56,765 bases of DNA. Source: Paecilomyces variotii (lineage: Eukaryota). The notes beneath the pieces were generated by a model. The model was not told where the DNA came from. It did no database searches and was given only the letters and a program-made list of their open reading frames with translations. A program made the position numbers and the translations under genes. Location of the stretch: assembly GCA_004022145.1 (NCBI GenBank), contig RCNU01000020.1; one strand, given 5' to 3'. Positions 12,202 to 25,623 of this stretch are shown piece by piece (position 1 is the stretch's first letter; every line of letters begins with the position of its first letter).

Positions 12202-14055
12202 TTATCCATCCACTTTCTCAACTCGAGTCTCCTCAACACCGTCGGTTTTCTCCAGTGTCTCCAATGTCTCTTCACTGTCACCAAAGAGGACAGCAATATC
12301 CTCGAGAGACTTTTGCCGTGTCTGCTGATATATCAGTACCAATCGCAAAGAGACGAGACATGATTCATCCAGGACATACCTCCGGAAAAAATAACCACAT
12401 GCAAACGAAGATCACCGAAGTGACACAAATGAAGACAAGATAATATTTCCATCCTATTTGTTCGAAAGCAGTAGGCGCCGACTGCAGGAATAAGATGGTC
12501 GCAATGAACAAGCCAGATATAGACACCGACAGACCCTTTGCCCGGACTGGAGTCGGGAAGATTTCCGATGCGTAAACGTAAGAGGTCGCATCCGTCGAGA
12601 TGGAGAAACTAACGATGTCAGAAGAATGAAACATCTAGTTGGTAGACAATCCTTACCAGCCAATATGCAAGAAGAGAAAGAAAACAGCTGCGGATGCCAC
12701 TTCTTTCTGGCCCGTACGTTGGAAGATAGACAACGTGATGCATTCGCCCACCAGGGCGATAACGCACCCAGCAAATCCGAACACTACGCTCTAGTCAGAA
12801 GGATCATCTTACAAGATATGAGTTCTACTTACTGAGCATCCGGACCCTTCCTACACGATCTACAAGAAGGGCGTTGATCGCATTTCCAAACGCACCGACC
12901 GTGATCCAAGCAGCCTGCATCACAATCTGTAGAACATTGTCGAAGCCGAGGTTGCCATAAAGCAACGGTCCGTAGTCTTGATTTTCGTCAGCAATAGTCG
13001 AGACTGAAGTCCTGGAAAAAGACTTACTGTTGATCACCAGCGTAGCAGTGCCTTGAGCGCCGAACATGGTAAGAAAACCAATCACGCAACGTTTTCTCAG
13101 ACTAGGACGCCTGAAGAGCTCGATAAAGCTCACGGCGTCATGTTTTTCATGAATAAGTTGGGCACGAAGCAACTGGAATTCATTCCGAAAAGCCTCTTCA
13201 TCGGCATTCTCATCGTCCACCTGGGTCAAACAGAAGGACCGGTACGCTTCTTCGGTACGGTCTCGTGCAAGGACTGTAGAGCTCTCAGCTGGCTATCCAC
13301 AAAACTGAACACAGACCATCCGGGGCTATCACTTACGCCATCGAGGAGACTCCGGCAGATACATAATTCCACAACTTAATATCAGCGGGGCGACACACTG
13401 GAGCGCCAATGGAATCCTCCACTGAGCACCAGAAGCACTGACAAAATAGAATCCGAGACCAATCCAGCTAGATATAGAGTATCCCGTACATATGCAGGCA
13501 CCATGTGTGCCAACAAGCAGACCACGAATCTTCGCGGGGGATATTTCACTCTGGTACAGCGGTATCAAGACAACCAGAGCTCCTGTTACAGATTAGTTTT
13601 CCTGCTAAGTTCGTGGTCTAGTAATGCTCATACCAATTCCCACTCCTGTTATGAAACGCATCGCGATATACTCAGCAATATCCACGCTCCCAGCCTGCAA
13701 AGCACCCCCAATGACAGATATCACCGCGCCGATGAAAATCGCCTTCCGGCGGCCCAACCAATCGGCCGTCGCGATACATGACAGAGCCCCGAATAGCCCC
13801 CCTGCTTGGAAAAGGCCGTTGATAGCGCCCTCCACGTTGGACGCATCCTGTCGTTTATCCAAAGCAAAATAACTAACAAAGGAAGGCTGCGCCAGGGTCG
13901 TCGAGATGATACTCGCGGCATAACCGTACGTGAAACTACCCAATGCCACAAACAGGATAAGCTGGAGAAGTCAGTTTCAGAACGTCAATCCAATGTAGAT
14001 ATCACGTTAGGTACTGTACACGCACCATGGAACGAAACGCGGAAGAGGACCGCAT
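12202..14055 (-). CDS. MFS sugar porter, multi-exon (substrate unknown)
   Basis: ADWLGRRKA, PLYQSEISPAKIRG, WRIPLALQ, PESPR, VDRVGR, YASEIFPTPVRAKG and ET RQKSLEDI. The start is inferred from a short first exon MRSSSAFRSM. Confidence 0.9.
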
Positions 14056-15200
14056 GTTGACGAACTATGCTCGCTGCTTGTGTCAACGGCCTGTCCTCAC
14101 AATCAGAGCATTCCTCTCCAGCTTTGGGCAATAGCCTGTTTAATAGAGAGGCAGGGCTCGTGCCCCCGACGCGGGGACCCCAGATACCCCACAAAACATC
14201 GAGCGTGTTTGAAGCGTTGATCACTATAGACTATAGAGACTAGTGTTTGCGGGATCCCCAGATTTACTACTCCGGCTGCGGAGAAGCATCTGCTATTTGG
14301 ATGCGGTATTGAATTGCGAAAGCAATTGGCTAGATCATTTAGTCTACTCTAGAGAATAATAACTGAACGAAACTCCGGTGGAAATTCCGGTGGAATCAAC
14401 GTGATATCGAAAAGAGGGGTTAGACGTTGAGACTTTCCACCGGAGGGTATAGCCAGTTATATATTCCCCGGGCGTAGAGTAGTCCTCGCTCATTGAAGAT
14501 CTATATTATCCAGGAACTTGCTAAGCACTGGTAGTGAAACTCTAACCACGAAAGCCTATTCTTCACATGGAAAGTTGTCCGCAGTTTACAGTAACTCCTC
14601 CATGATACGAATAAGCGTAGTGCGGGGGATTTCCGGGGATACAGGCGGGAAGGGTAGAATATATTCCCCCTGATGGTCAATAGAAGATAGATGAGGCCCT
14701 CGAAAATGCCCTGCACCCACCTTTTTCTAGCTTTAGAAAGTCAGATAATGTGGTATTCTAAAATCTGCAGTGTGGAAGCACCGTAAGATGAGGTTTTGCG
14801 AGATCCAAGCTCACCCTGCATATCTGGAAAACTGCAATCTTCAATATGGAGTTAGAATGATCCAAGGTAGCTTATTAGACGGCGATACTCGTATCTAACT
14901 GTCTAACAGGCCAACCAGATTACGGCATTTCAGCGGCAAAGAGCCATACACGTGACTATTCCACATCTGGAATAGACCGAACAAAGTCCGGGGTTCTTAT
15001 CGGTGGCGAGCTTATCGCCGTCGATACTCATCCTCAACTATTTAGGTACTGTATTGCTGTACAAGTATTGACTATTACTCTGTACATCACCAGATCATAC
15101 ATATGGAATTTTGAGTTATGCAATAGTACGTTTTCTCCTGAACCTTGCTCTAAGGTTTCCTTCGACACACCGTCACTGACCGACGGGTTCATCTGAAGAA

Positions 15201-16293
15201 ATGGCGGTACAGAGCGGATACGCGGCTTCTCCATTGAACCTCTACTCGCTCCCCAACGAGGTATTACTTATCCCAATATGATGCCATTCATCGTTGTGCC
15301 ATGAATAAATGATGACCGTCGACTCGATTTCAGGTTCTCGTCAGCATCCTCACGCCGTTTCCCACCCGGAGCCTGCTTCCACTCACGGTCGTCTCGCACC
15401 GATTCCACGCCCTCATACTCCGCATATTGCACTATCGCTTGCTCATCGCAACCTCCCTGAAAGATTATAAATTGATGTTAGAATGTTTTCATCCGAGCTC
15501 CAAGCTCACTGAACCCCACGTATTCTGCAAATACCTCGGCACCGATGGATTGAGCGATAAACACGAAGGCGTGGGCTCACTCTACGAGAACTGCGAGACG
15601 GCCGAGCAGTTGGCCCGACTCGGATCTTTATATTCACGATTCCGCCCCGAGCCACCCATGGAGGATGACACCGGACGTACTTTCTTGGTCCCACCAACCG
15701 GTAGGGTGCTCGAGCTCGCCGGTGCGATTGAGAGCTTGAGCGCTGACAATACCGGTGAAGACTCGCCCGCGGAGCCTCCGCAACTGATCAAACGCGCAGT
15801 GCACCTCGAAGAATTCGAAGACTTTTCGCAGCTCTGCACCGTGGTTAATTTAGTCAAGGTCGTTCCCAACAGCAGCATGCTACTCAGTGCAGTGACCATT
15901 GAGGATGGAACTGTGCGTGTATGGAGGGATTGGCTGAAGGATCAGTCCAATCACAAAGACAAATTAGGTATATCTTCCAACGACCCCAACAATACTAGAA
16001 TCTTGTGGGCAGACACGAATGAAAATGTTGGCCTTAAATTAAGGGTGAGAGAGAAGAGGTGGAACCGCTTTTTACCCGTTCTGGTCCACAAAGATGAAGA
16101 GCTCGCTGTGAGCTACGAGCTTGAAATTGAAGGTATGCCTGGAATCATATTCTCCGATCATTAGTTAGGTACTAATAAGCATGATCTAGAATTATATATA
16201 AGGACGACCCGTCTCTTGATGACTCTGGAAGAAAGTCTTCAGGAGGAGCAAAACTGCTCCAAGGCCATAGTCTTCGGGTCATATCGAGTATAA
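15201..16293 (+). CDS. F-box domain protein
   Basis: Spliced N-terminus LYSLPNE|VLVSILTPFPTRSLLPLTVVSHRFHALI is an F-box motif. Introns at about 15261-15333 and 16133-16189. The last exon ends FGSYRV*. Confidence 0.82.
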
Positions 16294-17457
16294 GGTCTCG
16301 GAGACTCCGGACCTAGTGGGTTTCTGACGGAGTTCTCAAACGCCTTTGTCTCAATCAGCTCCACCCAAGGGGATGCATAGCCCTATCTTGCTGGAGAATC
16401 CAAACGCCAGGCAGCTTTACCCTGCGGAGATAATGCATTTAGAGGTTAGAATATTCTGGATTAGATTTTTGAACTATATATAACAGATATGTTGGACCTC
16501 GGTTGATATTACCGCTCACTTTCCAGTTCGAGTTATGGCATTCCTCGCGATCCGTGAAGTTCTGGTTCTTGTGTAACCATGCCTCGTCTTGCCAAGCCAA
16601 TAACAGGGGTAGGATAGACGCGCCGAGGCAGTGCAACAGAATTCACATGGCTTCTAAATTAAGAGATCGATCCTCTATCTGACATTTCTATTGCTGGATC
16701 CCGTAGAGATATAGATACATCGGGTCTCATTTGTCCTGCAAGGTATTATGAGCATATCACTCTTGCCAATATCCGTTGGCAGACGATGATTGGGATGCTA
16801 TGAGATGGCCCCCTTTCCCACCCTCATGTCAAGGAGCGGCCGGATTCTAACAATACCCTTTGAACATGGACTGATGGTCAAGGCTGCTATCCCAGTGAGT
16901 CCAGTATAAAAGAGGCGAAACTGTCCCGATCTCGTGCATAATCTGAGGCGTGAAAGACGGATAGGCCGAAAGCCAACCCGTGAAACTAAAGCTCAACGCA
17001 CGATCTGCAGAAACTAATGGGACAAAGAAAGCCGGTGACTGGGGTGGTCCAATCATTTCAGAAATAGGACTGGCCTTTGTATCACAGCAGCTACTTTAAG
17101 TTGCGGCCCCCAAAATAACCACCGCACATGACTACGGGGGGTTCAAGGTGAACTCGGGAGGTATTACTCTGTACTCCTATTTGACATGATCGACATCCAT
17201 AGTAGTGACTTTATCTTGTCTCTATCGAAATAAGAAGAGATCATGTCTCATCGTCTATACTGTTTCGAGTCCCTACTCTATTCGGATTCTACCGGTCATC
17301 GCCGTTGAAGCGTCCAGTCTGCGGGGTGGACTTTTGTCATCACGAGCCTCGGGACTATTCTGCAGGACAAGCGTGTGCCTCGTATCTCATCTAAGAATCT
17401 AGCAGTATTGATTCTTTTGTTCTGGTTCTTCTTTTATGTCTATACTTTCGGTGGACT

Positions 17458-18867
17458 ATGAATTTCGACGCGACAGGTCTTCCACAGCCGCGCCAACGCC
17501 CAGCACGGCTTTATCATAAGAAGTCCCGAAATGGGTGCCTTAGATGTAAAGCGCGTCGGGTCAAGGTAAGAAATCCGTACCATGCGAGAAGTTAAAAAAC
17601 ACCTACCTGGCCGCTGCGCCGCTCAGAAGTTTGCGTCGACCATGGTGGCATATCAAGCCGAGGAACTACTGCTGATATTTTACTCCAGTGTGACGAGAGA
17701 CGACCCTCCTGCGGTAGCTGTGCGCGGCACATGGTATCTTGCATTTACCAAAAGCCAAATCTCCCGTCAAAGCCGTCACCAAATCGGAAGAGCAATGGAA
17801 GCTCGATAAGCCCTCCGTCAATGTCCACTCCATATGGAGACAATTCGACCGGCTCTCCAGCAAGCAGGAGCGAGGCCGTGTCTGAAGAGTTTCTGCTGGG
17901 CCTTAATGATGGTGATGAAATCCCAGAGTCGAAATCAAGACGACTCCTGGAGCTCCAATTACTTCAAAACTACTTGACAAAGCTCTCGCAGCCTTTCCCG
18001 CAGACGCCAGAAGCAGACGGAAGTGCAGTGTGGCCTTTTCTCGAGGTTCCGCAGATGGCTTTGCAGCATGATAATCTCCTGTACGCCATGTTCTCTATAT
18101 CTGCTACGCATTTGCTGAGAACTCAGCCAAACAATGCGAAGCTACTTGCGGCCCGTCAGACATATCTAGGACTGGCATTGCGCAAACAACGTGAAGCAGT
18201 TTCGCAACTAAGTGGTCAGAATGCCGATGCGGTCTGCTTCGCTTCCACTCTGATCCTCATTGATGCTTTCGCGACACTCGAGGGACGGGATATCACGCCT
18301 TATCTTCCACCGATGGAATGGTTACATATGGGTAGGGGAGCTGCAACCGTCTTCACCGTTGCCATGAAGAGCGGGCTGGATAGCGAAATGTCGAAGATCA
18401 TGTCATTGATCGATGCACCTCCAGTTTCACTTTTAGACAATGAAAACACCATGTTTGCAGAGAAGTACTGGAAAGACTTCAGAAATCTACTCCGTGACGA
18501 CATCGGTGGTGGATACGAAGACCTCTCCGACATGGAGACTCTCCAGGCGTATCAAAGAACTCTCAGCTTCGTCGGATCCGTGCACCAGGCCGTCATCGAC
18601 GGAGAACCGATTCACCCTCTATGTCGACGATTAATGGCCTTCTCTCCGCTTATTCCGAGAAAATTTATCGATTTTGTCGAGGAACGGAGACCACGCGCGC
18701 TTGTTATACTTGCTCATTATTTTGCTCTTGCTTCGAAAGTACGATCAGCCTGGTGGATGGGGAAGACGCCTGAGCGGGAAATCCGTGCAATAATGATGGT
18801 ACTGCCACCAGCGTGGCAGGAGCATATGCACTGGCCGCTGGCAATGACAGGTTTAATACCTGGTTGA
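17458..18867 (+). CDS. Zn(II)2Cys6 transcription factor (Upc2-like/'C6 finger' architecture)
   Basis: HKKSRNGCLRCKARRVK|CDERRPSCGSCARHMVSC across an intron at about 17566-17688. C-terminal ELQLLQNY...ALVILAHY...WW...LP..W...WP pattern. Confidence 0.9.
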
Positions 18868-19353
18868 AATTGAACCAGTCCTGCTAGTCATGGCTAACGG
18901 TTAACTATGACTGTGTACTGTACCATATCTACGTGAATGTTTCAGAGCGGGCTTGAGACATCTAGTGGTTCTATATAGCATCATCGAAAGAGTTTATTCT
19001 TTTTCTTTAATTCGTATCTACCATGTTATCGACCTACTGGTATCGCTCTGGCATACGACTCTATGTTAGAAGGAGGTCTCCGTCCGGAAAGCAGACGCGA
19101 AACCGAGAACGCAGCCAGCTTTCTATAAATTAGGGTGTCTTCTTATAAGACTGAGTTCTTTGCTCCTTTCAGTCTTTCGAACGGAATACTAGCTTCAAAT
19201 GGAGAGAAGGAGAAGGAAATATCAATAAATGAGTTCATCCATTTAACAACACTCATGACGTTTGTGGGTCTCATGACTTTCCAAAAGGAAATCCAACTTG
19301 CGAACGCAGAATGATACATTAGAAAGTCGACATTGTAGCATGAATTCTCCGCC

Positions 19354-20736
19354 TCACGGCTCCCCCGACCAAATATCATCTGCCACCTCGCGAATGAGAC
19401 GCATCTTGCGAACCATATCTTCATATCCCATATTTCTGACCTCAACAGTGCTCGAGAATCCACACTGCGGACTAATCCCAATCTGTTTCAACGCCTCTTC
19501 CGTGCTCGTTCCATTACCTTCAGCAATACTCTCAGCTGCCTCAAACACACGACGCTTCAATTCGCATTTATCTTCCAGCTCTGGGTATTTGCTCGTTACT
19601 ACTCCTAGGATGACATTCTTGGTTCGAGGAAGATATTTCAAAGGTGAGAATCCACCTGTACGAGTCTGGTCGTCGTATTCGAGATAGTATGTATCTACGT
19701 CCAGTTCTTGAAAGAGCGTCTGGGCGATCCGTTCGTATCCACCTTTGCGCGATGAGTGACGGAAGTTGCCGCGACAGAGATGAATCCCGACGTGAAGGTC
19801 GCCAGGACGGGGGGAAAGGACGTCGTTATATAACTTGATGTAGCTGTGGAATAGCTCGTTCGGGGTACGGGTGTTGGCTTTATCGGTTTCCCAATCTTGC
19901 AGTGTATCCTCGGCGCAGAAGACTACACAGTGTTAGCATACAAGTTTCCGAAAAGGAGTATAAATGAGAAGGCAAGTCATCAGGTCCAATAGATAGATTC
20001 ATGTTCCCGAAGGTTAACATACACGTAAGATTAGGATCATCGAACTGTACGTTCCGCAACCCAGCTTCATACAGCAGATCCAACTCCGTCCTATACGCAG
20101 CGGCCAGATCACGGAAATACTCCTGATCATCACGATACACGTCCTTGGGGTATGCATAGCCTTCGCGGAACTGCAGATGATACCAATTAGGTGACGGCAG
20201 GGTAATTTTAATACCTCCCCACAGGTCCCGAGGAACAACTTGCTGGAGGTACCGCAATTCCTTGACATAGTCGCTTTTTCCAGAATGACGAAGCTTATCC
20301 TGACACACTAGGAGAGTGCCAGGCCTGAGCTTGCCGCCTTTGACAAATCCAGCCACGAATGAGCGAAACATAGCTGGATCCGGATCAGTCACGTCCTGCA
20401 TGCCTTCGAAGTTCTGGAACAATGTGCCCCAGAAGACATTTCGCCTGTAGTAGAGTTGAGATATGTTAGACAATGCCTCTTGTTTTTTTCAGAGAGCTAA
20501 CATCTCTCAGATCATTATATGTCTGTTCCCTCCTACCGAAACTCTCCATCTCCTATACCTCGAAGCCCACAGTCCAGCTGCAACTTGACGATATCATCGA
20601 TCGCCCGGTCCTCCACAGCCGTCAGCTGCGCCGGATCTAATTTGCTCTTATTATCAGGGTGCAGGCTTTCCGGACGCAGCAGCGAGCCCATATGCTCTGC
20701 TCGGAATGGCGGACTTCTATGTAATCTTTCTGTCAT
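19354..20736 (-). CDS. Cobalamin-independent methionine synthase, single catalytic domain (MetE2/YxjH-like)
   Basis: PPFRAEHMGSLLRP, DGEFR, VQFDDP. Zn ligands are in GIHLCRGN, YLEYD and ISPQCGFSS. Two introns, and the frame is intact after splicing. Confidence 0.9.
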
Positions 20737-21655
20737 GATATCGATTGTAGTGTTGAATGTTGGGGAGTTGAAAGAGGTCAATTATTTCGAACCCCGCCTC
20801 GCCTTTTTCTCTATGCTTTACGATCGTTTAGTATACTTACTTACCATATAGAGTATAGTCCTCTACTAGTGTACGTATATTGAGGGGGTTTCCCCGCCGA
20901 AGCCGAATTGAATTTTCTCTTCTTGATGTCGCTGGTTTTATGGACGGTCCATAAGGTCAGTCTCTGGTCGCTTCGGCCACGCACGGTGTATTATTAGCAG
21001 TGAACCCACTATTATAGGAAGCGGGTAAGGCTTCCAGGGTTACTACTCGGACCTGGCTAATCAGTTAAGCTAATAACTAACTAGCTCCTAGGAGACCCGT
21101 TCCGCTGGATGTCTTCTGAAGGCTATATACCTAGTAATAAGCCGAAATAAAAGATGATAGAATCCTAAAGGTTATTTATTCTAATAATACAGTATAGCGA
21201 GATATAATTTAATTGGAAGCTTAAAAGAAGAAATATTAAACCAACACCTTTGAACCGTGCTATATATAAATATTTTCATGTCGTTTCCAACTTCAGTCAA
21301 TAAACTACCTAAAAGAACGAACCAATGGATGGAAACGAAACGTCTTTGGAAGTAAATGTTTCCGTTTCTCACCAGTGCATACTGGTGACCATGCTGTTGC
21401 ATAAGTTCTAGTCGCTAGGGAAGTGAACATAACCGATAGCCGGCACAATCTCGAGTTCATTCTCCGACGGCCACATTTCTTTCCGTTTCTGTCTCTTGAT
21501 TAAGTCTCGCTGGTAAACTCGCATGAGGAACAAAAAGTGGGTCCATATTCTCGTAAGTACGCGTCTCTAGTCTACAGGGCTGGTAATCTCACAAGATATG
21601 AACTCAAGACCCTTTTAATCCTCCTTGCTTTTGTTAAATATCGCGCGCAAATTTG

Positions 21656-23053
21656 ATGATGAGGAAAGTCTTGTTTTCCTCAGTCAAGCCGTCTTGTACT
21701 ACGCCCCGATTATCCTGTCCATTGGTCCAGTACAATCAGCTTCGGTCTGCATTATCTTCCACTGCGTCGCGCTCAATGACATACAAACATGAGTCTGTCC
21801 CCCAACTCTTATACGTCCCCATCGAGGGCGTTGAAAGACTGGAAAATTACCGGACAGGGGGTTATCACCCTGTTGAAATTGGGGATAATTTTTGCGGTCG
21901 ATATCGAGTAGTCCACAAGCTCGGTTACGGATCGTACTCGACGACGTGGCTAGCCCGTGATGAACAGTTAAAGAAATATGTGGCAGTTAAAGTCTGCACT
22001 GCAGACTCAGATCCACATGAAATCAACACTTTATCCGCTCTGACAAGAAGCCAATCTTCCTCCGCCAGAAGCGTAGGTGAGACTATGATCCCTTCGGTTT
22101 TAGATACGTTCAACGTTCAAGGCCCGAATGGTAGCCACTCATGCTATGTGACTGTTCCAGCGAGAACTAGTCTCTCTGGTGCCAAAGATGGGTCGTGGAA
22201 ACGCCTCTTCCAACTTGATGTCGCGAGGGCGTTGGCTGCGCAACTTACGATTGCTGTCGAATATATACATGCTCGTGGAGTTGCTCATGGAGACCTTCAT
22301 CTCGGAAATATCCTTCTCCAATTGCCATCGGACTTTGACCAGCTCTCAATCGAAAGACTATACGAGAAGTATGGAGCACCAGAGATGGAACCGGTGACTC
22401 ATTTAGATGGCAAGCCTCTTCCGCCGGGTGTCCCGTCCCATGGCATCTCACCAGTATGGCTTGGGGAAGCCAGTGAGAAAATCGCCCTTTCGGAAGCTAG
22501 GATCCTCCTCACAGATTTTGGTGAAGCATTTTCGCCTTCAGAAAAGCCAAAGTATGGATCTCATGCCCCTCTTGGGATCCGTCCCCCGGAGGTACGATTT
22601 GAACCAACAAAGCCTCTGTCGTTTTCATCAGATATCTGGATGCTCGCTTGTACTATCTGGGCTATTATTGCTCAGAGGCCGTTATTTGAAAGCTTTCTTG
22701 CGACAGAGGATGATATGACTTGTGAGCATGTCGACGCTCTCGGTATTTTACCACTCGAGTGGTGGCAGAAGTGGGAGCTGCGACGAGAGAGATTCACGGA
22801 AGATGGTACTCCAATAAACCATAACCCTTATCGATCGTGGGCGGATCGTTTTGAGGACAGTATACAGCAACCACGCCGAGAAAGTGGATTGTCACCTTTT
22901 GACCCAGTGGAAAGAGATGCCATCTTTGCCCTGTTACGATCCATGCTGTCATTTCGGCCTGAAGACCGACCCACGGCCCAGAAAGTTCTTGAGTCTGAAT
23001 GGATGGTGAAATGGGCTCTGCCCGAATATGAGAGGATTGGAAAATCCCTTTAG
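21656..23053 (+). CDS. SRPK-like (CMGC) protein kinase, intronless
   Basis: ENYRTGGYHPV, KLGYGSYSTTWLA, VAVK, HGDLHLGNIL, a long insert, LTDFGE, PPE and SDIW. Confidence 0.9.
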   Translation: MMRKVLFSSVKPSCTTPRLSCPLVQYNQLRSALSSTASRSMTYKHESVPQLLYVPIEGVERLENYRTGGYHPVEIGDNFCGRYRVVHKLGYGSYSTTWLARDEQLKKYVAVKVCTADSDPHEINTLSALTRSQSSSARSVGETMIPSVLDTFNVQGPNGSHSCYVTVPARTSLSGAKDGSWKRLFQLDVARALAAQLTIAVEYIHARGVAHGDLHLGNILLQLPSDFDQLSIERLYEKYGAPEMEPVTHLDGKPLPPGVPSHGISPVWLGEASEKIALSEARILLTDFGEAFSPSEKPKYGSHAPLGIRPPEVRFEPTKPLSFSSDIWMLACTIWAIIAQRPLFESFLATEDDMTCEHVDALGILPLEWWQKWELRRERFTEDGTPINHNPYRSWADRFEDSIQQPRRESGLSPFDPVERDAIFALLRSMLSFRPEDRPTAQKVLESEWMVKWALPEYERIGKSL

Positions 23054-24235
23054 ATACTTAGAATGGCGACGAGCCGAAGTGAAAGACGATGAAACCCCAG
23101 AGATTATCAATTCCGATGACGCGGTATGGCAAGCCGTAACCCAGCTGGAAGCCTGAGGAAGAGATGAAAACTACCTACTTACCCTCGGCAGCTGGCATGG
23201 GTGAAACGACTCAATCACGACCAGATCGTTAGGTGACGAGTGCGGATGAACTATCTATTCAGAGTTGGAGTGCCTTTTTTGCGGGGAAGGAGATTCCGTA
23301 CTAAAAACAAGAATTTAACACAACGTAGGAGAAGCCGCTTTTACTCAATAATAGTGTAAGTACAGTACAGTACCACAGCTAGAGTCTTTTGTGCTGGTAA
23401 ATGCGAAGTTGCAGCGACGGATAAGTAGTGCTTATCGTTCTCTATCTTAGATTCCACGACATCAAGAAAAGCAGTTAAATGTGGCTTTCTGTGCTATCTA
23501 CTGCAGGCAGGAGAATGCTTAATAAAAATCAAGCATAAATTCTATAGAATGAATGAACATTCTGCACACGCACCTGATCACTTATCCCACGGCCGGCTGG
23601 CTATCACGAGCAGAAAGCGGCATTAGTCTAGAGCGAAATGGAATCTGAAGCTCTGTGGCATTGGCCCAAGCAAATAATAATTCTAGTGAGTTATATGAGC
23701 CGCTGAACCACTATTTCTACCTAGGTATCTACTTCGCAAGGTCACTCCTAAAACAGTTAGATAAAAGTGATTCCCAGGATCTTATTAGTTCAGAAGTGTC
23801 GCCAATTTTCCCAATGGATCTACGTCCGCGCATCGTCAAATTTTAATCGTGAGAAGTTCAGCAATATGATTCGAATAAAGATGTGGGATCTAATAACTGT
23901 ACGCGAAAGTCACCCCCGTGACCTACTTATCTGAGGGATCTTGGGGTTACGCCAATCAACCGATATCTCCAGTGATCCCTTTGGATATCAATTGTTCCTC
24001 CAACGAAGAATATGATATCGTTTGCCAGAGGAAACGGCTTTTACTACCGCATTAAATCTATTGGATGATCTAATTTTCGGTTTTAGTATTTGAAACTGAA
24101 TTCCAGTGAATTAGTTGAAAAAATTGGATTTCTAGGATAGAGCAACACTGTCGACGGAGTATATACTATACTTTCTTCAAGCGAATACTGTCAGAAAAGA
24201 TGCAGCTGGATACTAACCAAGACACATTTCGCTGA

Positions 24236-25623
24236 CTACTGCTCCGGCTCATCTTCACCTGGCCTGGGGATACTCAAAGGACGAGACAGGCCAACACGAT
24301 CAATTGTTCTGGTATATTCAACTCCGCCATTCACGCGGTCCTCCTGAACGACCAGGTCCTTGCGGTTGGAGTCAACCAGGAGGCGAATAAGATCGGGTCT
24401 CATGTAGTGACCGCCCTGAGAAAAAGAATATGGGGTTAGTTTCTGCATATATAGAGATTTCGAGATAAGGAATGGTCAGAAAAGGGCTCTTACAAAGTCT
24501 GCTAGTGCTTTAGTAAGGTGACATTCATCAAGGTCGATCTAGATATTTGCTCTTGTGTCAGTTCTCATATATCCCTCATTTCCGCCTTCTTGGTGGATGA
24601 AAACATGAAAGGGGCATTACATCAACGTAAAGAAGACCCTGGAAATCAACGTCCGGATGAGGCACGAGATTCCGACCGTCTGGGGAATAGATTCTGCCGT
24701 GTCCATTATATATACTCGGGTCTTCGAGCTCCTTGCCAGGGGGTGTGTTCAGCTTGATTCCCTCGGCGGTGATAGTCTGCCAGGGAGCAAGAGTATAGGT
24801 GCCTGTTTCGATGGCATAGGCGGGTGTCACGAGCTACGCAGCTGTTTAGTTCTTCCGAGTCCAAGAGATGGGCAAACGACAACAAGATCGAGGTTAAATA
24901 CTCACGTCACAGTTTGCCTCGGCGACGTTAGTGTATGGATCCGGGTATTGCAGAGTCTGCTTTCCAGGTAACAATGGCCAGGCTGCCACATGCACTTGTT
25001 CGCCAAGGCTCGCAGCATAGGACTTCATGAAGGGGTTCATGTTTTCCCAGCAGTTCAGGTGGCCTATACGTCCAATCTCCGTCTCGACAACGCTCTTCGT
25101 GGTGTCGCCGGTTCCATCGCCAAAGATTAATCGCTCGACATGTGTCGCACGAATCTTTCTGCGATAGTTGATGATATCTCCCGAAGGCGAAATCATCACC
25201 TGGGACATGTAAAGACTAGCCAGGTCCAGCTCAGAGTAACCCAAGGATACAAAGATCTTGTTTGCCCGAGCAGCTTCGCGGATACGGCGCATCTCATCGG
25301 AGTCGGAAGGGAGGGAATTCTCGCGGTATTTCTTCAGCAGAGGGAGCGATTCCTGATAGTTAACCCTCCACATCCAGTACGGATAGCCCGGAATCCCTGT
25401 GCAAATGTAATTAGCAATTAGCCAAATACAACAATATAACATTCGCGAAGGGATGTTCGAACTGGACATTCGTACAGAGTTCAGGGAAAGCGATGAGCTT
25501 GCAGCCATTCTGCCCAGCCTCGTTGATCCAGTGAATCGTACGAGCAACAGCTTCCTGAAGATCAAACCACCCGGGCTCCGCATTGACTGCGGCGGCCTTG
25601 TATTTCTTCAATACTGGAGCCAT
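24236..25623 (-). CDS. cht: Cyanide hydratase (nitrilase superfamily)
   Basis: [53 protein letters not shown] (E-K-C triad) and C-terminal [14 protein letters not shown]. Closely matches fungal cyanide hydratases as recalled. Four introns. Confidence 0.93.

Noticed and set aside
1..14055. Yeast-style GAL cluster controlled by a Gal4 orthologue
   Set aside because: GAL1 and GAL10 are absent, I saw no CGG-N11-CCG in the GAL7 promoter, and the TF is not recognisably Gal4.
23060..23260. KRLNHDQIVR kinase-like fragment downstream of the SRPK-like gene
   Set aside because: Very short, with broken frames. May be chance.
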